From NCBI GenBank assembly GCA_964450605.1, contig CAYVEK010000001.1, positions 72,430 to 136,429 on the forward strand: DNA of 64,000 nt. The letters run 5' to 3'. The position numbers and the translations under genes were made by a program. This stretch comes from an uncultured Candidatus Saccharibacteria bacterium (GTDB lineage Bacteria > Patescibacteriota > Minisyncoccia > Phycocordibacterales > CAIZLB01). This document shows positions 10,228 through 19,310 of the stretch, one piece after another. Each line of letters opens with the position of its first letter. Position 1 is the first letter of the stretch. Below the pieces are notes generated by a model, which had not been told where the DNA came from, ran no database searches, and saw only the letters and a program-made list of their open reading frames with translations.

Positions 10228-11661
10228 ATGGCAGAAACTAATAAAATCACCCCACGAAATGTTGATTATTCACAATGGTATCTTGATGTTGTAGATGTAG
10301 CAGGTCTTGCTGAACACTCACCGGTTAAGGGGTGTATGATTATCAAACCGTATGGATACGCACTTTGGGAAAAATTCCAAACAGTGCTCGACGCGTGGTT
10401 TAAAGAAACAGGTGTGCAAAACGCCTATTTTCCCATGCTCATACCAGAGAAGCTTTTGAAAAAAGAAGAAAATCATGTAGAAGGTTTCGCCCCAGAAGTT
10501 GCAGTTGTTACACATGCGGGAGGAAAAAAACTTGAAGAACCTCTGATCGTTCGTCCAACTTCTGAAACTATAATGTATGAAGTATTTTCAAAATGGATAC
10601 AGTCATATCGAGATCTTCCTCTTCTTATAAACCAGTGGACAAACGTTGTTCGATGGGAGATGCGAACACGACTCTTTTTGCGAACAACAGAGTTCTTGTG
10701 GCAAGAAGGGCACACTGTGCACGAAGACGAAGCGGGTGCTGATGATAGAGCACGTATGATGCTTGATATATATAAAAAGTTTGCTGAAGAATATCTCGCT
10801 ATACCAGTTATACCAGGTGTAAAATCAGAATCAGAAAAGTTCGCTGGAGCACTTCGAACATATACTATCGAAGCAATGATGCAGGACGGTAAAGCTCTTC
10901 AGTTTGGAACATCACATAACTTAGGTCAAAACTTTGCCAAAGTATTTGATGTTGGTTTTCTTGATAAAACAGGTGAGCGACAGTTTGCATGGCAGACAAG
11001 TTGGGGAGTGAGTACTCGTATGATCGGAGGACTTATCATGGCACACAGTGATGACAAAGGTCTTGTTCTTCCACCAAAGATTGCAAGTATACAAGCTATC
11101 ATCACAACCATCTTTGCTAACGATACAAATCGTGAAGAGATAAATAACAAAGCAGAAGAAATACGAAGTGCTCTACAAAAAGCTGGGATACTAGCTAAAA
11201 CAGATGTACGAGATCTTCGACCTGGTGAAAAATATTTTGAATGGGAACAAAAAGGTGTACCTGTTCGCATCGAGCTCGGTCCGAAAGACATGGAGGCTGG
11301 ACAAGTAGTGCTGGTTCGACGAGACACAGGTGTCAAGGAGACGGTCAAGATTGACGAGGTTGTTGACAAGGTTAGTTTGCTTTTGAGTCAGATACAAGCT
11401 GGTTTATTTGAAACTGCGCTAGCTCGACAAAAAGAAAAAACAAAAACAGTAGACTCTTGGGATGATTTTGTTACAGCGATAGAGGAGGGTTACTTTGTTC
11501 TGGCACACTGGAGTGGAGATGCGGATGTAGAAGCATCTATCAAAGAGGAGACAGGGGCAACTATACGATGTATACCGTTTTCAAGTGAGGCTGAGGAAGG
11601 GGTTTGTGTGAAGAGTGGTAAGAAGTCAGAGAAGAGGGTGTTGTTTGCGAAGGCGTATTAG
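10228..11661 (+). CDS. proS: Proline--tRNA ligase, archaeal/eukaryotic-type class II ProRS with a C-terminal zinc-binding domain
   Basis: NVDYSQWYLDVV...GCMIIKPYGYALWE...RPTSETIMYE...FLRTTEFLWQEGHT blocks and a conserved C-terminal Tyr. The start is set at the Met 36 nt inside the ORF (MAETNK). Confidence 0.9.
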   Translation: MAETNKITPRNVDYSQWYLDVVDVAGLAEHSPVKGCMIIKPYGYALWEKFQTVLDAWFKETGVQNAYFPMLIPEKLLKKEENHVEGFAPEVAVVTHAGGKKLEEPLIVRPTSETIMYEVFSKWIQSYRDLPLLINQWTNVVRWEMRTRLFLRTTEFLWQEGHTVHEDEAGADDRARMMLDIYKKFAEEYLAIPVIPGVKSESEKFAGALRTYTIEAMMQDGKALQFGTSHNLGQNFAKVFDVGFLDKTGERQFAWQTSWGVSTRMIGGLIMAHSDDKGLVLPPKIASIQAIITTIFANDTNREEINNKAEEIRSALQKAGILAKTDVRDLRPGEKYFEWEQKGVPVRIELGPKDMEAGQVVLVRRDTGVKETVKIDEVVDKVSLLLSQIQAGLFETALARQKEKTKTVDSWDDFVTAIEEGYFVLAHWSGDADVEASIKEETGATIRCIPFSSEAEEGVCVKSGKKSEKRVLFAKAY

Positions 11662-11718
11662 GGTTTTTCTTTATCTTTTCTTTAGATTTTCTTTATCTGA
11701 ATTTGGTATCATATTCTC

Positions 11719-12393
11719 ATGAGAATATTAATTATTGAAGATGATCAAGAATTAGCAAAAGCTCTTGTTGAATGTTTAACAAATGAAGGTATTGTTTCTG
11801 ATGTTTGTAATGATGGTGAAACAGGATCCTACGTTGCTCGTACAAATTCGTACGATGTAATTGTTATTGATAACATACTTCCTAAAAAAGGAGGTATGTC
11901 TGTATGTAGAGATTTGAGGAATTCAAATGTGAGAACTCCTATATTGATAATGTCTGTTCAATCAGAAGTTAATACAAAAGTTGAATTTCTAGAAGCTGGT
12001 GCGGATGATTTTATATCAAAACCTTTTTCTGTGCTTGAATTTATTGCCAGATTAAAAGCCTTAATAAGAAGACCTTACAATATTCAAGATTCAATAATGA
12101 CTATTGATGATTTAACAATAGATATATCAACTCAAACAGTTTATAAAAAAGGTAGGCAGGTATATATGACAAGAAAAGAGTTTATGATACTTGAATACAT
12201 GTCAAAGAAAAAAGGTAATGTAGTTTCTCGTAACGAAATAATGGATCATGTATGGGAAAAAGATTTTGACCCTTTTTCAAATAGTATAGAAACTCATATT
12301 AGAAATATAAGAAAAAAGATAGATTCAGGTAAAAAAAGAAAAATACAAACAGTTCCAGGTAGAGGATACCGTATTATTTCAAAGATAAGTTAA
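11719..12393 (+). CDS. OmpR/PhoB-family response regulator (receiver plus winged-helix DNA-binding domain)
   Basis: MRILIIEDD...DVIVIDNILP...ADDFISKPF receiver motifs and a C-terminal winged helix (TRKEFMILEYM...VPGRGYRI). Confidence 0.85.
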   Translation: MRILIIEDDQELAKALVECLTNEGIVSDVCNDGETGSYVARTNSYDVIVIDNILPKKGGMSVCRDLRNSNVRTPILIMSVQSEVNTKVEFLEAGADDFISKPFSVLEFIARLKALIRRPYNIQDSIMTIDDLTIDISTQTVYKKGRQVYMTRKEFMILEYMSKKKGNVVSRNEIMDHVWEKDFDPFSNSIETHIRNIRKKIDSGKKRKIQTVPGRGYRIISKIS

Positions 12394-12443
12394 CAATCCC
12401 ACCTCATTTGCCATCCACCCATAAACCTGTATAGTATACCTAT

Positions 12444-13457
12444 ATGGCATTTATCGACGAATTAAAACTAAAAATCAAAGCTGGAAAGGGAGGAAATGGT
12501 GTAGTCCGATGGCTACATGAGTACGCCAAAGAATTCGGTGGACCTTGCGGAGGTGATGGAGGACGTGGAGGTAGTGTTTTTGTTCGTGGTATTGCTGATA
12601 CATTTTATTTACGAAAATACGCAAACGTAAAAGAGCTTACAGCTGAAGACGGACACTATGGTGAAGGTTTTAGTCGACAGGGTGCAAGTGGTGAAGAGCT
12701 TATTATCGATGTGCCAGTTGGAACTATCATCACTCGAGTTGAAGATATAAACATACATGATACTGAAACGATGATGAACCCAGTGATAGAGATCACAGAA
12801 GCTGGACAGATGGTTCGTATTTTGAAAGGTGGAAGTGGTGGATATGGAAATGAACACTTCAAGGGTCCATCAAATCAACGACCTGAAGAATGGACTCCAG
12901 GAAAACCAGGAGAAGAAGCTATCTTTACGATAGAGGTTCAGATGATTGCTGATGTTGGTCTTATTGGTCTTCCAAACGCAGGCAAGTCTTCTCTTCTAAA
13001 TGCTTTAACAAAAGCTGATGTAAAAGTTGGAAACTATCAGTTTACAACACTCGAGCCAAACTTGGGTTCCATGTTTGATATTATCTTGGCTGATATCCCA
13101 GGACTTATCGAAGGTGCTTCAGAAGGAAAGGGTTTGGGTCATAAGTTTTTAAGACACATACAGAGAACAAAAGTTCTTGCACATTGTGTGTCTCTCGAAC
13201 AACCTTTGGATGAGATGGTTGCGGTGTATAAAACAGTACGCAATGAGCTCGGAGAATATGATAAGTCACTCGCTGATAAAAAAGAAGTTATCATCTTAAC
13301 TAAGAGTGATGTTATTGATCCAAAAGAAGTTGCAGGAATACAGAAAAAGTTTTTAACAAAGATTAAGAAAAAAGCAGACGAGGTGTTTGTGGTATCTGTG
13401 TATGATATGGATGCGTTGAAAGGTTTGCGAGAGTGGTTGACAAACTTAGTTAAATAA
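12444..13457 (+). CDS. obg: GTPase Obg/CgtA
   Basis: N-terminal Obg fold glycine-rich repeats (KAGKGGNGVV...GGDGGRGGSV) followed by GTPase motifs GLPNAGKSS and DIPGLIEGAS. Confidence 0.9.
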   Translation: MAFIDELKLKIKAGKGGNGVVRWLHEYAKEFGGPCGGDGGRGGSVFVRGIADTFYLRKYANVKELTAEDGHYGEGFSRQGASGEELIIDVPVGTIITRVEDINIHDTETMMNPVIEITEAGQMVRILKGGSGGYGNEHFKGPSNQRPEEWTPGKPGEEAIFTIEVQMIADVGLIGLPNAGKSSLLNALTKADVKVGNYQFTTLEPNLGSMFDIILADIPGLIEGASEGKGLGHKFLRHIQRTKVLAHCVSLEQPLDEMVAVYKTVRNELGEYDKSLADKKEVIILTKSDVIDPKEVAGIQKKFLTKIKKKADEVFVVSVYDMDALKGLREWLTNLVK

Positions 13458-13534
13458 GTTGTTTTGAGGTGTGTTTTGTGGTATATAAAGGTCCTACTCG
13501 TCATGAAGGCGGGTGTTTAGAACTTTTGACTTAA

Positions 13535-14218
13535 ATGAAAATCGTTACGCTAAGTGGTTGGTTGGGTGGTTTTGGTGAGAATCCTCAGGATCCCACCTGG
13601 TCTTTGGAAGAGAGGGGTGTCCCTGTGTCGCACAAATTTGAAATTAGGCGTAGTAGGTATTTTGTTGAGGGTACCAAACTGCTGATAAATGACAGTGTTC
13701 GGATGGAGGGTGATTTCATTCCAGATGGTTATGTTTACAAACATACTGATCGTTGGAATGGTTTTGAGTTTCGTCCAGATACTGTTTCGCGCAGGGATCC
13801 AGGTTTTATTTACGTGTACATCAGGACACAGGATTTTGTTCCAGGTGTAGTCGCAGAAGCTTTCTACAAAAGACCTGTGTATGAAGATACACCTTACAAA
13901 CTGGGTATAAGACAAATCTGGCAGTTGAATTCTGGTGAAAGTTTGATCATCAGATGGTGCGGTTATTACTGGAAAGTATCAAACTTCAGTCGAAACATTT
14001 TGATTGAGGAATTCTTCCGCGATGGCAAGAGGAGGGTCCTTGTTGGTAATCTGGAGCGTGCTCCGATTGAGATTCAAGAGATCTATGCCATGCAAGAACT
14101 TCGTTTTCTCGAGACTCGTTATGCGGCCGTTTGTAGGCGGCTTGGCAGAAGAGGTGCTCCCACATCTCGTTACTGCAGGATCGGTTGTGGACAGTACGGT
14201 GACCCACTCCCACCCTGA
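13535..14218 (+). CDS. Hypothetical protein (227 aa) in a GC-rich islet. It is ORFan-like and rich in Arg, Tyr and Trp.
   Basis: Long ORF in a segment of about 50% GC against about 36% around it. Amino-acid composition is unlike the Lys-rich neighbours. Followed by its own terminator. Confidence 0.45.
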   Translation: MKIVTLSGWLGGFGENPQDPTWSLEERGVPVSHKFEIRRSRYFVEGTKLLINDSVRMEGDFIPDGYVYKHTDRWNGFEFRPDTVSRRDPGFIYVYIRTQDFVPGVVAEAFYKRPVYEDTPYKLGIRQIWQLNSGESLIIRWCGYYWKVSNFSRNILIEEFFRDGKRRVLVGNLERAPIEIQEIYAMQELRFLETRYAAVCRRLGRRGAPTSRYCRIGCGQYGDPLPP

Positions 14219-14232
14219 ACACTCAACGCGTG

Positions 14233-14279
14233 CCCGACCGTGGACCTCGTCCGCGGTTGGGCGCTTTTTTTATTTTACA
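14233..14279 (+). terminator. Rho-independent terminator
   Basis: gcccgacc ... ggttgggc forms an 8-bp stem (one G-U pair) followed by gcttttttt. Confidence 0.6.
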
Positions 14280-14329
14280 TACTATGCTAACGTTTCTTAT
14301 GGCGCCGAACGAACGACGCGCGAACTTTT

Positions 14330-15154
14330 ATGATAACAACGAACATAATCACGGCACTCCTGCACGGCTGTGGTACTGTTCGCCATAAGCCGGGCCTTGT
14401 GCTCGATTTTAAAAAACAGTCCATGATTGGATTGTCACGTTGTCGAGTAGACCCACCTATGGGTGAACTGGCAATAATGAACAGCGAAGGCGTCCTCTCT
14501 AGTCGCAGAAACTGTGACCGGGCAGGATATGTACTGTTCACGGGTAATCCAAAGCCTGTGATTACGGTGCAGATGTTTACAGGCCGAGGAGACCTGTTGC
14601 GAGCACAGCCTTTGAGGCGTAAATCTTGGCGATGCTGTCACGAATTTCTGGAACTCTGGAGAGTTCCGGACGGACATAGACTTTTTCTTGTCGTCCGTAA
14701 AAACGGAAAGGATGATGAGTGGAATGTTCGTGTTCAAGATGGGACTATCACCATGGTCTCCAGAGAGCAACAGATCATCGAAGGTCATGCAGGCAACGAG
14801 AAGGGTGCGAAAGCTGAGCAGATGTTTATCAAGGCTTGGCAACATGAGCGTGACTATCATGCTCACAGAGCGACGCCTTACGAAGATCTGCATGAGGAAA
14901 CCGATGCCTGGATCTGTTCACTCAGAGAACCGTGGAGAAAGTATCGGGTACAGATTAAGTCTGGAAAAGGCCATGATCCTTACCCCTTCTATCGACGAGG
15001 CCTTGTGCTGGTTGAGATAGATGTCCACAAAGACACTCCTGCCACTATTCGCTTCAAAACACATTATGCGATAAGGGAGTTCGACCGAGTGAATCCAAAA
15101 TTTTTTGGCGGAAGGCTTCGGCGGATATTTCGACCTCACCGCAACCGCCACTAA
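14330..15154 (+). CDS. Hypothetical protein (up to 274 aa) in the same GC-rich islet. Start is uncertain; Mets at 14330, about 14423 and about 14465 are possible.
   Basis: Long ORF, about 50% GC, His/Arg/Trp-rich. It is in the same reading frame as the upstream ORF but separated by a stop and a terminator. Ends immediately before a perfect terminator. Confidence 0.4.
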   Translation: MITTNIITALLHGCGTVRHKPGLVLDFKKQSMIGLSRCRVDPPMGELAIMNSEGVLSSRRNCDRAGYVLFTGNPKPVITVQMFTGRGDLLRAQPLRRKSWRCCHEFLELWRVPDGHRLFLVVRKNGKDDEWNVRVQDGTITMVSREQQIIEGHAGNEKGAKAEQMFIKAWQHERDYHAHRATPYEDLHEETDAWICSLREPWRKYRVQIKSGKGHDPYPFYRRGLVLVEIDVHKDTPATIRFKTHYAIREFDRVNPKFFGGRLRRIFRPHRNRH

Positions 15155-15157
15155 CAG

Positions 15158-15189
15158 GCGCAGCTGTCTCCAGACAGCTGCGCTTTTTC
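15158..15189 (+). terminator. Rho-independent terminator
   Basis: gcgcagctgtc-tcca-gacagctgcgc is a perfect 11-bp stem followed by tttttc. Confidence 0.8.
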
Positions 15190-15218
15190 TTATTCCTAAA
15201 ATATGCTACACATATACT

Positions 15219-16676
15219 ATGAGTTACACACCTGTCATCGGTCTTGAGATACATGCCGAATTGCATACAAAAACAAAGATGTTTTGTGGATGTAAAAACG
15301 ATCCTTTTGATCGTCGACCAAATGTAAACGTATGTCCTATTTGTCTTGCACATCCAGGAACTCTGCCTGTATTAAATAAGTCTGCTATTTCTCATGTTCT
15401 TAAAGTTGGACTTGCACTTGATGCAGAGATGGCGGATTTTACAGAGTGGGATAGAAAAAACTATTTTTATCCAGACATTCCAAAAGGGTATCAGATTAGT
15501 CAGTACGCGTATCCGCTTGTACAAAAAGGAAAACTATTTGTAAAAAATGCAAAAGGTGAAGATGTGCCTGTTGGTATAACACGTATTCATCTTGAAGAAG
15601 ATACGGCGAGTTCTATACACGATCAAGGTGAGTACAGTCTTGTAAATTATAACCGAGCAGGTGTTCCGTTGATGGAGCTTGTAACAGAACCTGATATACG
15701 AGACGGAAAGACAGCCGGAAACTTCGGTCGTGAATTACAATTACTACTACAAACACTTGGAGTATCTGAAGCAAACATGGAAATGGGTCAGATGCGTGTT
15801 GAAGTAAACATTTCTATACACAAAGAAGGAGAACCTTGGGGAACAAAAGTTGAAATCAAAAACCTCAACTCATTTCGTTCAGCTGAACGGGCTATCGAGT
15901 ATGAGATAACACGACAAGCGGCACTTCTAGATGCTGGAGAAAAAGTAATACAAGAAACTCGTGGTTTTGATGAAAGTAGTGGAAAAACATTTTCACAACG
16001 TGTTAAAGAAAATGCAAATGATTATCGATATTTTCCAGATCCCGATCTTCCAAAACTATATATATCCAAAGAGTTCAACCTGGAAGAATTAAGAAAAACA
16101 TTGCCAGAACTTCCGTGGCAGAAACGAGCACGATATATGTCTCTTGGAGTTAAAGCTGAAGATGCTGAGATGTTTACCAATGATTCATTTTTCGGAGTAT
16201 ATGTCGATGAGATTTTGTCTCGAGACAATCTTTCAACAAAAGCAAAAACTTTGGCGATAAACTATATATCGAGTGATATTGCCGGTATTTTGAAAAAAGA
16301 GACAGAGAGACTTTCAACTCTTGACAGTTATATTGACAAGCGACATTTGGCGGAGATTGTATCCATGATAGAAAAAGATGAGCTCTCTTCACGAGGTGCA
16401 AAAGATCTTATTGCATTTCTTTGGAAAAATGAAGAAGTTGTGGCGCGAACTGTTCGCGAGATTGCTGATGAAAAAGGCTTGATACAAAAAAATGATCCAG
16501 AGGCCGTTAAAGCAATCGTACAAAAAGTTATCGATGCAAATCCAGAACAGGTTGCTGGATTCAAGGCCGGTAAGGAAGCTCTACTTCAATATCTTGTAGG
16601 TCAGGTCATGAAAGAAGGAAAAGGTGCAGTAAACCCTGCACTTGCACAGCAGATGTTGCGGGAGATGATAGGTTGA
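15219..16676 (+). CDS. gatB: Asp-tRNA(Asn)/Glu-tRNA(Gln) amidotransferase subunit B
   Basis: MSYTPVIGLEIHAEL...MFCGC...PNVNVCPICLAHPGTLP is a canonical GatB N-terminus with a C-terminal YqeY-like domain. Start set at the Met 114 nt inside the ORF. The stop codon is TGA. Confidence 0.9.
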   Translation: MSYTPVIGLEIHAELHTKTKMFCGCKNDPFDRRPNVNVCPICLAHPGTLPVLNKSAISHVLKVGLALDAEMADFTEWDRKNYFYPDIPKGYQISQYAYPLVQKGKLFVKNAKGEDVPVGITRIHLEEDTASSIHDQGEYSLVNYNRAGVPLMELVTEPDIRDGKTAGNFGRELQLLLQTLGVSEANMEMGQMRVEVNISIHKEGEPWGTKVEIKNLNSFRSAERAIEYEITRQAALLDAGEKVIQETRGFDESSGKTFSQRVKENANDYRYFPDPDLPKLYISKEFNLEELRKTLPELPWQKRARYMSLGVKAEDAEMFTNDSFFGVYVDEILSRDNLSTKAKTLAINYISSDIAGILKKETERLSTLDSYIDKRHLAEIVSMIEKDELSSRGAKDLIAFLWKNEEVVARTVREIADEKGLIQKNDPEAVKAIVQKVIDANPEQVAGFKAGKEALLQYLVGQVMKEGKGAVNPALAQQMLREMIG

Positions 16677-16775
16677 CAGAAACTTTTGTTGAGAATATAC
16701 TGTGACTGTGCTTGGGAGATGGTAGTGATACCAGTCTCATATCGGCATTCAGCTGAAAACCAGGCATTATAAAAA

Positions 16776-16805
16776 ACGCATCTCTACGAAGGGATGTGTT
16801 TTTTA
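16776..16805 (+). terminator. Rho-independent terminator after gatB
   Basis: acgcatctc tacgaagg gatgtgt hairpin followed by ttttt. Confidence 0.55.
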
Positions 16806-16807
16806 CT

Positions 16808-17200
16808 TTATGTTACATTGTCTCGTTTTCCAGTTTTCCACGCAGGGATTATTGATATAAATTTGTATGTATTATTAATATCTTTACCAACAATTACTTT
16901 ATATTTTTTATTTTCAATAATCGCAATAAAACCAAAATATTCCAGATCCCTTTTCTCGTATTCTTGGAGCGTTCCTGACTTTGAAAGGATTGAGTTTATG
17001 TGTGTTAGTGATCTAAATCTTTCTATTGTGTCATAATGCTTTCGTTTACCTGTATTCTTTTTCCATATTAAATGTTTAAAGCCACTCATTGTAAATTTTA
17101 CCGTAGTATTTAAATATGGACAGAATATTTCAGATAGAGACATGTACAAGGATCTGTATCTTTTTATAATATCTTTAAAATTAGTGACTTGTTCTGACAT
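16808..17200 (-). CDS. Hypothetical 130-aa protein, possibly a RelE/BECR-fold toxin-like nuclease (speculative)
   Basis: Solitary minus-strand ORF in an otherwise plus-strand stretch. Basic, with a C-terminal beta-rich segment (YFGFIAIIENKKYKVIVGKD) reminiscent of small RNase toxins. No partner gene is evident. Confidence 0.4.
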   Translation of the reverse strand: MSEQVTNFKDIIKRYRSLYMSLSEIFCPYLNTTVKFTMSGFKHLIWKKNTGKRKHYDTIERFRSLTHINSILSKSGTLQEYEKRDLEYFGFIAIIENKKYKVIVGKDINNTYKFISIIPAWKTGKRDNVT

Positions 17201-17293
17201 TGATACAAATCTATCAAATTGAGGTTAGTTAAATTTTAAAGAAAAAATAAAGTTTACCCGAAGAAAGTTGTATTTCATGCTATACTGTTAAAC

Positions 17294-18205
17294 ATGGAAA
17301 AACCGATGTCTTACAAACATACTCTGGTTAGTTTGGCTATATTTGCCTGTATAACTGCCGGTGCTGTTGCATATATGCAGTATCGTCTGGGTGCTGTGCA
17401 AAGCAAATTGGATAAAACAACACTTGACCTAGAAAAGGCCAACAGTACGCTTCTTACACTTACAGCAAGCTCATCAGAGACAGATATATCTCTACAAACT
17501 TTATATAACACGCTAGGAAATATAATCTCAGAAGAAGAAAAGAAAAACATCGCCCTACAAGAGCAGTTGGGAAATGTATCAAAAACAGTTGGTACATTGG
17601 ATAAATTAGCAAAGAGTGATCCTCAGCTTTTAAAAAAATACTCCAAAGTGTATTTTTTAAATGAACACTATGCGCCAACACATCTTGTTGATGTATCTTC
17701 TTCGTATTCTGTGAAAGACGGACAGGTATATCAGATACATGCACAAGTTAGTCCTTTTCTAGAAAGACTTCTTGCTTCTGCTAAAGATGAAGGTATGGAT
17801 TTGCTTGTAACCTCAGCATATAGATCATTTACAGATCAGATGCGTATCAAGAGTTCAAACGCTGTTCGATATGGAACAACAAAAGCAAATACATTTTCTG
17901 CTGATCAAGGATATTCTGAACACCAACTTGGAACAACAGTTGATTTTGCCACATCTAAAACTGGTGCAAACTTTGCCAAGTTTGGCGATTTGAAAGAGTT
18001 TGAATGGTTAAAAAACAATGCTTATAAATACGGCTTCATACTTTCATATCCAAAAGGGAATGCCTACTATATTTACGAACCATGGCACTGGCGTTTTGTG
18101 GGAGTAGATCTTGCCACACGTTTACACAATGAAGGGCGAAATTTTTATGACATGGATCAAAAGACTATAGATGGGTATTTGGTTGACATGTTTGAGGTTA
18201 AATAA
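17294..18205 (+). CDS. M15-family D-alanyl-D-alanine carboxypeptidase (VanY-like) with an N-terminal TM segment and coiled coil
   Basis: SAYRSF..Q...Y...SEHQLGTTVDF...EPWHWRFVG matches the zinc-binding motifs (H..D...H) of VanY/M15B peptidases. Confidence 0.8.
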   Translation: MEKPMSYKHTLVSLAIFACITAGAVAYMQYRLGAVQSKLDKTTLDLEKANSTLLTLTASSSETDISLQTLYNTLGNIISEEEKKNIALQEQLGNVSKTVGTLDKLAKSDPQLLKKYSKVYFLNEHYAPTHLVDVSSSYSVKDGQVYQIHAQVSPFLERLLASAKDEGMDLLVTSAYRSFTDQMRIKSSNAVRYGTTKANTFSADQGYSEHQLGTTVDFATSKTGANFAKFGDLKEFEWLKNNAYKYGFILSYPKGNAYYIYEPWHWRFVGVDLATRLHNEGRNFYDMDQKTIDGYLVDMFEVK

Positions 18206-18260
18206 CTTAGTATTGAACAGAGTTAAAGGTTGACAGTTTTATGCTAAAATTAAACCCATT

Positions 18261-19292
18261 ATGACAAACATCGCAATCAACGGAGCCGGACGAATTGGCC
18301 GAGCATTCCTTAAACTAGCAGTTGAAAACCCTTCATTAAATGTCGTTGCTATAAACGACCTTGCGGATATTGAAAACATCGCATATCTCATGAAATATGA
18401 TTCTGCATATGGACGAAGCAATCTCGACATACAAGTTGATAAAACAAATTCAACTTTTACTATAAATGGAAAAACAGTTAAATACATATCAGAAAAAGAT
18501 CCTGCACTTCTACCATGGGGAGCTCACAATGTAGACATCGTACTTGAGTCAACAGGATTATTTACAAGTTATGAAAAAGCGTCAGCTCATATAAAGGCTG
18601 GAGCAAAACGAGTTGTTATATCAGCTCCTGCAAAAGATGAACCAACACCAGAGTTTCCAGGTGCGACAGTTCTTATGGGTATTAACGAACAAGCTCTACA
18701 AGATGCATCGATCAAGATAACTTCAAACGCATCATGTACAACAAACGCAGCGAGCCCTTTGATACAGATCTTGCATGATACTGTAGGTATAGAGAAGGCT
18801 TTGCTTAACACTACACATGCATATACTGCAAGTCAGGCACTCGTTGATGCACCAAACAAAAAAGATTGGCGAGAAGGCCGAGCGGCCGCTCAAAACATGG
18901 CCCCATCTTCAACAGGTGCAGCTATCGCTGTAACAAAAGTTATACCAGAGCTTAGTGGAAAGTTTGATGGTATCGCTGTTCGAGTTCCTGTTATCACGGG
19001 TTCTATTGTGGACATAACATTTATTAGTAAACGAGCCACAACAAAAGAAGAAGTAAACTCTATTCTCGAAGAAGCTTCAAAAGACCCTCGATGGAGTAAA
19101 GTGTTTGCTGTTTCAAAAGAAGAACTTGTTTCTCGAGATATAGTTGGAGATCCTCATGCATCCATCGCTGACCTCAAGATGACACGAGTAGTTGATGGCA
19201 ATCTAGTTAAAGTGATGGCTTGGTATGATAATGAGGGTGGATATACACATGCGTTGATACAGCATGTAGAGATGGTGGCAAAACATATGTAA
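18261..19292 (+). CDS. gap: Glyceraldehyde-3-phosphate dehydrogenase
   Basis: INGAGRIGR Rossmann motif, SNASCTTNA active-site Cys motif and WYDNE block. Confidence 0.9.
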   Translation: MTNIAINGAGRIGRAFLKLAVENPSLNVVAINDLADIENIAYLMKYDSAYGRSNLDIQVDKTNSTFTINGKTVKYISEKDPALLPWGAHNVDIVLESTGLFTSYEKASAHIKAGAKRVVISAPAKDEPTPEFPGATVLMGINEQALQDASIKITSNASCTTNAASPLIQILHDTVGIEKALLNTTHAYTASQALVDAPNKKDWREGRAAAQNMAPSSTGAAIAVTKVIPELSGKFDGIAVRVPVITGSIVDITFISKRATTKEEVNSILEEASKDPRWSKVFAVSKEELVSRDIVGDPHASIADLKMTRVVDGNLVKVMAWYDNEGGYTHALIQHVEMVAKHM

Positions 19293-19310
19293 AGGAGGTT
19301 TTGTGTTATA

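Noticed and set aside
14370-14400. Minus-strand stretch acaaggcccggcuuauggcgaaca, which resembles the RNase P RNA P4 3' strand (ACAGAACCCGGCUUA), inside the GC-rich islet
   Set aside because: No matching P4 5' strand (GGAAAGUCCGGGCU) or other universal RNase P RNA elements are found at the expected distance. The region is better explained as protein-coding, since it has long in-frame ORFs followed by terminators.
13550-14893. Several 80-150-aa minus-strand ORFs across the GC-rich islet
   Set aside because: Higher GC depletes stop codons, so long antisense ORFs are expected there. Plus-strand ORFs are longer and each ends at a terminator.
15118-15156. ggcggatatttcgacctcaccgcaaccgcc, which resembles a tRNA/tmRNA T-arm (GGUUCGA-like) just before the terminator
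   Set aside because: It cannot be folded into a T-stem/loop plus acceptor stem with CCA, and no tag-peptide frame or 5' tRNA-like half is present.
16794-17036. 80-aa plus-strand hydrophobic ORF
   Set aside because: It overlaps the more plausible 130-aa minus-strand ORF, is AT-rich low-complexity, and starts inside the gatB terminator.
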